Shown: in pieces, positions 50,151 through 57,293 of the stretch
How positions within the stretch are numbered: the first letter of the stretch is position 1
How the letters are laid out: each line of letters starts with the position of its first letter
Assembly: GCA_903908715.1 (NCBI GenBank)
Contig: CAIVSY010000063.1
Coordinates: 30,113 to 94,112, forward strand
Length of the DNA stretch: 64,000 nt
Direction of reading: 5' to 3'
Source: an uncultured bacterium
GTDB taxonomy: Bacteria > Verrucomicrobiota > Kiritimatiellia > CAIKKV01 > CAITUY01
Position numbers and translations under genes: made by a program
Notes under the pieces: generated by a model
Told to the model about the DNA's origin: nothing
Database searches by the model: none
Seen by the model: the letters and a program-made list of their open reading frames with translations, nothing else

Positions 50151-50277
50151 CGTGCAAACATCACTAATGGAAATCGGAGGGATAACAGGTTGAGTCCCAT
50201 GCAGAATTGCCGCTTCGGACGCTAACGCCCTCTGGAAATTGACCTCCAAAGGATTTCATGAGGGGAAACCGTTGCAT

Positions 50278-50293
50278 TGGCACAACTCTTGCA
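50278..50293 (+). promoter_or_regulatory. sigma54 (-24/-12) promoter for the PEP-synthase-like gene
   Basis: TGGCAC-AACTC-TTGCA, full consensus, 33 nt upstream of ATG 50326. Confidence 0.85.
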
Positions 50294-50325
50294 TAGACCT
50301 CCTGTAACGAACCGAAAGAACAGCT

Positions 50326-52950
50326 ATGAAAGGAAAACCGTCCACCCGAAACAAGCTCCCCCACTTCAGCACAGGATTACCTTCGCTCGATTCCACCCTG
50401 AACGGCCTTCTACCAGGGGATAACGTCGTATGGCAAGTCGACGAAATCAACGAGTACCGCCCGTTCGTTGACCGATTCATCGATTACAGCCGTACACTGG
50501 ATACCCCGATCGTCTACTTCCGGTTTGCCAGCCATCGCCCCTTGATTCCGGAAAATTCAGGCGTGGAAATCCATCCCGTGGAACCCGGCATGGGTTTTGA
50601 ACCCTTCGTCGGGGAAATCCTGGATGTGATCGAGCAGAAGGGTCGTGGCGCTTTGTACGTGTTCGACAGTTTGTCCGAATTGGCGGCTGACTGGTACAGC
50701 GATCGCATGCTGGGGAATTTCTTCATGATCACATGCCCCTTCCTGTTCCAACTCGACACCATCACGTACTTCGCACTGCTCAGCAATCATCATTCCTTCC
50801 ACGCCATCGACAGCATCCACCAGACAGCGCAGGTCGTTATCAATGTACACCGGAACCGGGAGCGGGTATTCATTCATCCACTAAAAGTGGAGAAGCGGTC
50901 TTCACCAACTCTGTACATGCTGCACGAATGGGAACGGGATGATTCCTTCATACCTGTCAGCGCGAGTACCACAATCGCCGAAATCATGGCCAGGGCTCCT
51001 CAGCCCTGGCTGGATTTTGCGGCAACCCGTCCCGGCATCTGGATGCAAACCGTCCTCCGGGCCCGCAAATCCATGGAGTCCTCCTTCGGCGGTTCCGGAT
51101 CACTGAAGGAAACCCAGGAATCCTTTCAACGTCTCCTGCGTGGCGCCATCACACGGGACGCCCGATTCCTGCCTCTGACCCGAAGATACTTCGACCTGCC
51201 GGATCTGCTTGCCATCATCCAGCGGATGATTGGCACAGGCCTCATTGGCGGCAAGGCACTCGGCATGCTGCTGGCCCGCGCCATTATCCGCAAGCATTCC
51301 CCGGAACTGCATGCTCGCATGGAGCCGCATGACTCTTTCTATATCGGCTCGGACGTCTTCTACACCTACCTCGTTCAAAACGGTTGCTGGGAACTGAGAC
51401 GCAAGGCCACCGACTTGAATTTCCTCATGGAGCAGAACGAGGCAACACAACGGAAGCTTATGTCCGGTTCCTTTCCAGACTATATCCGACGGCAGTTTTC
51501 GGAAATGCTGGACTACTTCGGGCAGGCACCCATCATTGTCCGCTCAAGTTCACTGCTCGAGGACAGCTACGGGAATGCCTTCTCCGGGAAGTATGAGACG
51601 GTCTTTTGCGCCAACCAGGGCAACCCTGCGCAACGCCTTGAATCGTTCATGCAGGCTGTACGCACCGTGTATGCCAGCACATTGAGCCCCGAAGCCCTCT
51701 CCTACAGGCACCAGCGCGGCCTTCTCGATCGGGACGAACAAATGTCCCTCCTGGTCCAACGGGTTTCCGGTGACCGCCACGGCACCAATTACTTCCCCCA
51801 GGTTGCCGGCGTTGGCTTCTCCTTCAATCCTTTCGTCTGGAATGAGGATATTGACCCGAAAGCCGGCATGATCCGGTTGGTCTTTGGTCTCGGCACCCGC
51901 GCCGTGGACCGGACAGGCGATGACTACACCCGCCTGATCGCCCTGAATGCGCCCGAAAAGAGACCCGAAGGCGCCCCGGGTGACTCGATCCGCTATTCGC
52001 AGCATAATGTCGATGTCCTCGACCTCTCCGAAAATCAGCTCAAGGAGAAATCGATCGCCGAGGTACTCCATGATCTTCCTGGAAGATTCCCTCAGGACCT
52101 GTTCTTTGACCGGCACGGCACACCCATCGCATCAGGGCATGAGTTCTGGCACACCACCTTCAACCGCATGATCCGCGAGACGCCATTTGTGGCCGACATG
52201 CGAGCCGTGCTGGAAATCGTTCAGGATGCCTATGAGCATCCTGTCGATATCGAATTCACCGCAAACTTCTCCAGCGCTTCGGATTACCGCATCAATCTGG
52301 TACAATGCCGGCCATTCCAGGTCCGCATCACGGGAAGCAGCGACCGCCTGCGTTCTCCGTCCACCCTCCGCCGGCAGGATATCCTCCTCGAAAGCGGCGG
52401 ACCGATCATAGGGCAAAGCGCATCAACCCCGGTCGACCGGCTGGTGCTCGTTGTGCCTGCGGTATATGGAAGAATGACCGTCAACGAACGATATGCCGTG
52501 GCGCGCGCCATAGGCAAACTGAACCGCCTGGCTGCATCCGGGCCAGCCATGACGCTCATGCTAGTCGGTCCTGGGCGTTGGGCCACCACCACACCCGCGC
52601 TGGGCATCCCCGTCTCCTTTGCTGAAATAAATGCAGCATCGATCGTCTGTGAGATTGCCGCCATGCACGAGGGCTTGATCCCGGACGTCTCGCTGGGCAC
52701 CCATTTCTTTAACGACCTCGTTGAAATGAACATGCTGTACCTTGCGGTTGCTCCTGACCGCAAGGGGCACAACGTGAACAGTTCCCTGATCACCAGCTTA
52801 CCGAACAAACTGACAACCCTCCTGCCACAGTCATCAGGCTTGGAGCAAGTCCTCTGGGTGGTCGACAGCGTGGATATCGCGGGCGGTGCGCGACTGTATC
52901 TGCATGCCGACAGCTTCAAGCAAAAAGCCGTTGTCTACCTTTCCCGATAA
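50326..52950 (+). CDS. PEP/pyruvate-binding (PPDK_N ATP-grasp) domain protein with a degenerate RecA/KaiC-like N-terminus; not a canonical PEP synthase
   Basis: STGLPSLD..LNGL..GDNVV and YVFDSLS (KaiC-like); IGGKA, VRSSSLLED...FSGKYET, LLVQRV, VAGVGFS, GLGTRAV, DIEF, VQCRP (ATP-grasp); C-terminal GPGRW...SLGTHFF. No TIM-barrel PEP domain is recognisable. Confidence 0.85.
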   Translation: MKGKPSTRNKLPHFSTGLPSLDSTLNGLLPGDNVVWQVDEINEYRPFVDRFIDYSRTLDTPIVYFRFASHRPLIPENSGVEIHPVEPGMGFEPFVGEILDVIEQKGRGALYVFDSLSELAADWYSDRMLGNFFMITCPFLFQLDTITYFALLSNHHSFHAIDSIHQTAQVVINVHRNRERVFIHPLKVEKRSSPTLYMLHEWERDDSFIPVSASTTIAEIMARAPQPWLDFAATRPGIWMQTVLRARKSMESSFGGSGSLKETQESFQRLLRGAITRDARFLPLTRRYFDLPDLLAIIQRMIGTGLIGGKALGMLLARAIIRKHSPELHARMEPHDSFYIGSDVFYTYLVQNGCWELRRKATDLNFLMEQNEATQRKLMSGSFPDYIRRQFSEMLDYFGQAPIIVRSSSLLEDSYGNAFSGKYETVFCANQGNPAQRLESFMQAVRTVYASTLSPEALSYRHQRGLLDRDEQMSLLVQRVSGDRHGTNYFPQVAGVGFSFNPFVWNEDIDPKAGMIRLVFGLGTRAVDRTGDDYTRLIALNAPEKRPEGAPGDSIRYSQHNVDVLDLSENQLKEKSIAEVLHDLPGRFPQDLFFDRHGTPIASGHEFWHTTFNRMIRETPFVADMRAVLEIVQDAYEHPVDIEFTANFSSASDYRINLVQCRPFQVRITGSSDRLRSPSTLRRQDILLESGGPIIGQSASTPVDRLVLVVPAVYGRMTVNERYAVARAIGKLNRLAASGPAMTLMLVGPGRWATTTPALGIPVSFAEINAASIVCEIAAMHEGLIPDVSLGTHFFNDLVEMNMLYLAVAPDRKGHNVNSSLITSLPNKLTTLLPQSSGLEQVLWVVDSVDIAGGARLYLHADSFKQKAVVYLSR

Positions 52951-52969
52951 GCGCGCCACCGGTTTTGCC

Positions 52970-53009
52970 AGAGGGGAATCCGGGCCCGGATACCACTGTA
53001 GGCCCCTCT
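52970..53009. terminator. Possible hairpin between convergent genes
   Basis: AGAGGGG...CCCCTCT enclosing the perfect palindrome ATCCGGGCCCGGAT (52978-52991); no clear U-tract. Confidence 0.3.
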
Positions 53010-53065
53010 TGCGGGGCCCCTGCGTTCATGACCGTGACTTCACAGACACTCGGCATCCACCGGCC

Positions 53066-54820
53066 CTATTCACGCGTGTCAAGGAAACGGTACAAGGTAG
53101 CTCTCGATACACCCAGAAGTCGGGCAGCCTCCACCTTGTTCCCTTGCGTCTTCTCCAGCGCCTCCCGTACCGCTTCATCATCCAGGCGCAAGCGCCCTTT
53201 CGGCCCCGGCCCCCCCTCGGCTGCAACCAATCCGCGCATCGGCGCCAAGGCCACCGGCGGGAGATGCTCCGGCAGGATGCTGTCCCCTTTACACTTGATC
53301 AGGGCAAATTGGATCCAATTCTGCAATTCACGGACATTCCCGGGCCAGTCGTAGCCCAGCATGACATCCATCGCCTCTGCCGAAAAACTCATCTTGCGGC
53401 GCACCCCTCCCTCGGTCAGGCGCGAAAGGAAATGATTCGCCAGAAGCGGAATGTCATTCCGACGATCCCTTAAAGGAGGAACCGTGAGAGGCACCACACT
53501 CAACCGGTAGTACAGGTCCTCCCGGAAGCGCCCTTCCGCCATTTCACGGCGCAAATCCTTGTTCGTGGCGCTGATGACCCGCACATTGACCTTGAGTGTC
53601 TTCTCCCCGCCAACCCGCTCAAAGGCGCCTTCCTGCAGGACACGCAGAAGCTTGACCTGCATGGCGGTTGATATATCCCCGATCTCATCCAGGAAAATCG
53701 TGCCGCCGTCCGCCAGCTCAAAGCGGCCTTTCTTGTCACGCACCGCCCCTGTGAAAGCACCGCGAACATGCCCGAACAACTCACTTTCAAGCAACCCTTC
53801 CGGCAGAGCGCCACAATTGACCGGAACGAACAATTTTGTGCCTCGCGGCCCCTCGTTATGCAGGGCCGCAGCAATCAGTTCCTTCCCGGTTCCGCTTTCC
53901 CCCTGGATCAGGACCGGTGCGGCAGACTCGGCAAGTTCCGGGATCAGGTCATACAGGGCAAGCATCTTGGTGTCCCGCCCGATGATGCCCGCAAACTGCT
54001 GGATCTCTCCCAGTCTCCTTGCCAGTTGCTGCTCACGCGTCATGTCCCTGAAACATGCCAGCACAGCCGTTTGCCGCCCCCCGGGGTCCCGTACAGCCGT
54101 TACCGTCATCTCGATCCGTCGCCGCTCGCCCGACGCCGTGGCAATTTCGACTTCCCGAAGCACATCCTTCGAAGGCGGCACCATGCCTTCACAAAAGGCA
54201 CACTTTCCACCACACAGGCCGCCCGCCATGACCTCATGACAGTCCTGGTTGATCACATCCTCACGTCTATAGCCTGTGATCCTCTCTGCAGCCTTGTTGA
54301 ATCCCAGGATCCGCCGATTGAGGTCATGGATAATCACCCCATCCGTCAAGTGATCCAAAATCAGTTCAGACTGCTCCCGGGCATGGAACAGAGCCGCAAG
54401 ATACCCATGCGAGAACAACTCATTGACCAATCCACGAACGATTGCCGCCAGGGCCCGGATAGCGTCCTGCCTGCCTGCCGGATCCCCGTCCCCCGCCGGA
54501 AGCCTTGCGATGTTCCAATGAAGACAAAGCGGATTCCCCGGAAGGTTCCGGCACTGCTCGGCCGCCTCGTCGCAAAGAGTGATGACCAGGTCATACTCTC
54601 TGCGCATCGCCTCATCACGCTGCACACCCGCTCCCGGATCCGGCAGATCGATCTCGCGTAACAACGCGGCAACAGCAGGATCAACCCCGGTATTATCCAA
54701 ACCGGCAAAAACGATTTCCTGGTCGGTCTTGCGATAGGACCGGGAAAACGCCGCAGCCAGAAAGCCTCGGCTCGCATCCCCTCCCGACACAAACAGGATC
54801 CTGTATCTTCTAGTTGCCAT
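53066..54820 (-). CDS. sigma54 enhancer-binding protein: ArsC/LMW-PTP-like domain + PAS + AAA+ + Fis HTH
   Basis: RILFVSGGDASR...DLVITLCDEAAEQC...LHW; DGVIIHD...FNKAAERITGY (PAS); GESGTGKE, GAFTGA, FLDE, WPGNVREL; HTH. AAGGA SD before ATG 54820. Confidence 0.9.
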   Translation of the reverse strand: MATRRYRILFVSGGDASRGFLAAAFSRSYRKTDQEIVFAGLDNTGVDPAVAALLREIDLPDPGAGVQRDEAMRREYDLVITLCDEAAEQCRNLPGNPLCLHWNIARLPAGDGDPAGRQDAIRALAAIVRGLVNELFSHGYLAALFHAREQSELILDHLTDGVIIHDLNRRILGFNKAAERITGYRREDVINQDCHEVMAGGLCGGKCAFCEGMVPPSKDVLREVEIATASGERRRIEMTVTAVRDPGGRQTAVLACFRDMTREQQLARRLGEIQQFAGIIGRDTKMLALYDLIPELAESAAPVLIQGESGTGKELIAAALHNEGPRGTKLFVPVNCGALPEGLLESELFGHVRGAFTGAVRDKKGRFELADGGTIFLDEIGDISTAMQVKLLRVLQEGAFERVGGEKTLKVNVRVISATNKDLRREMAEGRFREDLYYRLSVVPLTVPPLRDRRNDIPLLANHFLSRLTEGGVRRKMSFSAEAMDVMLGYDWPGNVRELQNWIQFALIKCKGDSILPEHLPPVALAPMRGLVAAEGGPGPKGRLRLDDEAVREALEKTQGNKVEAARLLGVSRATLYRFLDTRE

Positions 54821-54840
54821 TCTCTGTTCCTTCCCAAGAA

Positions 54841-56121
54841 TCAACGGTCCAGAAGCCCGTCTTCCACCGCCTGACGAATTAACCGCTCTGCATATTCCCA
54901 TAAGGCGGCCGACCCTTGCTCGACATGGCTGTTGCGTTCACGAACCTGGCCCTGATCAATGCCGTGGGTACGCCAGACAACTCCGCCGGTGTAGTAGTTG
55001 TGAAGCAGCGGCTGCACACGGTCAAGAGCAGCGGCAAACCTCGCCTCCGGGGTCCGGCGCGCCTCGAATTCATCCCACAAGCCGCGAACCCATGCCGCCT
55101 GATCCGGCGGCAGAATGCCGAATACCCGGTTGGCGGCAGCTCGTTCGCGCTCCAGTTTCCCGGCGTTCCCGGTCACGTCATAGCAATACGTATCCCCGGC
55201 ATCGATTTCCACAAGATCATGCATCAGCACCATCTCCACCACTCGCGCAATATCGATATCCTTGATCACCGCAAACTCCCGCAATAGAACCGCCATCACG
55301 GCCAGATGCCAGGAGTGCTCCGCATCGTTCTCGTAGCGGCTCCCATCCATGAGCAGGGTCTTGCGAAACACATGCTTAAGCTTATCGATCTCCAGTATGA
55401 ACTCCATGATCCTTGCCAGCCGCTCGCCGCCAGCCTCCGCGGCGGGCATCACGGGCCGCATAGAAAAGGAGGCTGTCGATCCGGGGCCTGCCGCTGCACG
55501 GGCCTCAAGCCAATCCAGGAGGTGACCGGCAACCGCACGCTTGCTCATGAGCGGCAATTCCCGGAAGGAGCCATCCGGAAAAACCAGCAGCACCCGGTTC
55601 GTATCCACATCAAAGCCAGCGTCGGTCTGACGGACATCGTTCGCCACAATCATGTCCACGCCCTTGGCCCCACACTTGCGGCGGGCCTCCAACAATACGT
55701 CTTCCGTCTCCGCAGCAAACCCTATCACGATGCGGCTCCCCTTCTCGTCCCGCAATTCGCGAAGGATGTCTGGGGTCGGGACAAGGCGCAAATCCGCGCC
55801 TGCCGTCAGCTTCTTGATCTTCTCGTGACGGAACTCAGCCGGACGCCAATCGGCCACGGCAGCCGCCATTACGAGGGCATCACAGGTCCGGAAGTGCCGC
55901 TGGACCAACGCCAGCATCTCGGCGGCAGAAACTGCCCTTTCCACCAGAACACCCGCCGGCGCCGGCAAGGAAACCGGACCACTGACCAGGACAACCTCGT
56001 GACCCCGTGCACGTGCAACCTCCGCTACCGCGTAGCCCATTTTCCCGGACGAACGATTGCTTAAAAAACGCACCGGGTCCAGATGCTCCCGGGTCGGTCC
56101 AGCGGTAACCAGGATTCGCAT
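54841..56121 (-). CDS. coaB: CoaB (phosphopantothenate--cysteine ligase) domain fused to an HD-domain (HD_3, 5'-deoxynucleotidase-like) hydrolase
   Basis: N-half VTAGPTRE.LDPVRFLSNRSSGKMG, AAAVADW, GFAAET, IVANDV; C-half ENDAEHSWH, MHDLVEIDAGDTY, EARFAAALDR. No stop codon between the halves. Confidence 0.85.
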   Translation of the reverse strand: MRILVTAGPTREHLDPVRFLSNRSSGKMGYAVAEVARARGHEVVLVSGPVSLPAPAGVLVERAVSAAEMLALVQRHFRTCDALVMAAAVADWRPAEFRHEKIKKLTAGADLRLVPTPDILRELRDEKGSRIVIGFAAETEDVLLEARRKCGAKGVDMIVANDVRQTDAGFDVDTNRVLLVFPDGSFRELPLMSKRAVAGHLLDWLEARAAAGPGSTASFSMRPVMPAAEAGGERLARIMEFILEIDKLKHVFRKTLLMDGSRYENDAEHSWHLAVMAVLLREFAVIKDIDIARVVEMVLMHDLVEIDAGDTYCYDVTGNAGKLERERAAANRVFGILPPDQAAWVRGLWDEFEARRTPEARFAAALDRVQPLLHNYYTGGVVWRTHGIDQGQVRERNSHVEQGSAALWEYAERLIRQAVEDGLLDR

Positions 56122-56136
56122 GGCATGCCCTCCATC

Positions 56137-57021
56137 TTAACGGGCGTCGAATTCCCGGATCTTCTCCCGAACCACGGATTCCGCCTCGTTATAGATCTCA
56201 CGGATCATGGGATCCGTGAAGGAGTACACCCGTTCCTCCCACGTCGTACTTTTCAGGCGGTCAAACAAACGCTGGCGGGCGGCATCGATGTCCTTGCCGT
56301 AGATATGGAAGGAATCCGCATGCCAGTTCAACCGGGCCAGGCGCACCTCCCGCCCGGACTTTTTCGCCACGCCCGCAGCCACGATATCATGGTTGAACAT
56401 CGTGAATCCGAACATGTTCATGAAATTGGCCCCCCAGGCATCGTTGCTCCGGAAGCGGATATTGCAGTTGAGCCACCAGACGCCCTTTTCATCCTCCTGG
56501 ATCCGGTACCAGATCGACTGCAGACACGGCGGGTCATAGCATTCCAGGTCAAGATTGGGCATCCACGTGATCATCTGGGCTTGCCGTGTAAACGGCTGGC
56601 TCACCAGCTTGTCAATCACCGCTTCGACCTGGTTGATCTTGAAGGAACCCGCCTCCACCGACTCATAGTGGCGCAGCTCTTTCCAGACCCCGTAGTTCGC
56701 CAGCCGCCCGTGATACGTGTACTCCCATCGCGTATCCGCGGTGTCATTCATATTCTTGACCCAATGGTCCTTGGCCCCCTGCAGTTCCATCACATATTCG
56801 CGAAGGTCCTCGATCCCTCCGGGAAATGCCTTGTGGATCATCGGTTCCGCCATCGGATCCAGAACGGTAATGCACATGGTCGAATCGAGGCTTTCGGGAT
56901 CACCAGGCTTGTCATACTGTGTCCTGAATCGGGTCCCCTTCTCGTAGAGTTCGCGCAGGGCCCTCTCGTATGCCTCAGCCAAAGACCGCCCTTCCACATG
57001 CAATACCGGGATGTTCTTCAT
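56137..57021 (-). CDS. thyA: Thymidylate synthase family protein, archaeal-type/divergent
   Basis: YTYHGRL, TRQA, DPPCLQ (catalytic Cys), FRSND, GANFMN (Asn), SFHIY. Confidence 0.75.
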   Translation of the reverse strand: MKNIPVLHVEGRSLAEAYERALRELYEKGTRFRTQYDKPGDPESLDSTMCITVLDPMAEPMIHKAFPGGIEDLREYVMELQGAKDHWVKNMNDTADTRWEYTYHGRLANYGVWKELRHYESVEAGSFKINQVEAVIDKLVSQPFTRQAQMITWMPNLDLECYDPPCLQSIWYRIQEDEKGVWWLNCNIRFRSNDAWGANFMNMFGFTMFNHDIVAAGVAKKSGREVRLARLNWHADSFHIYGKDIDAARQRLFDRLKSTTWEERVYSFTDPMIREIYNEAESVVREKIREFDAR

Positions 57022-57293
57022 GCTGCCTTCTCCCTCATGCTGTTAAACGCTCCGCACAGGTTACCCCGCATGCGCTTGCCGATAAACCGCCGGGGCTCAT
57101 TGCGCCTCCTGACCGGCTCCATTCTTATGCTTTTCACGGTGGGGATGGAAAGCTTTTTCCAAAGCGGAGCGATGTGTCTCCATGACTTGCGAACCCGGCG
57201 AAATCGCTGCCATGAACCCGGCGTTCCTGATTTCCCAGCACCATGCCCCTTCCTCCTTGCATCCCGGAAGGCAGTTTGCCAACGTACGCAGCC

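Noticed and set aside
50326-52950. Annotation as ppsA/ppdK
   Set aside because: The C-terminal PEP/pyruvate-binding barrel and the canonical GGxTSHAA motif are missing, so it cannot be called a canonical PEP synthase.
57147-57160. GGAA-N6-TTCC (NrpR operator-like) between thyA and the MFS gene
   Set aside because: About one such 8-bp match is expected by chance in 64 kb, no nrpR is present, and it is not next to the N-assimilation genes.
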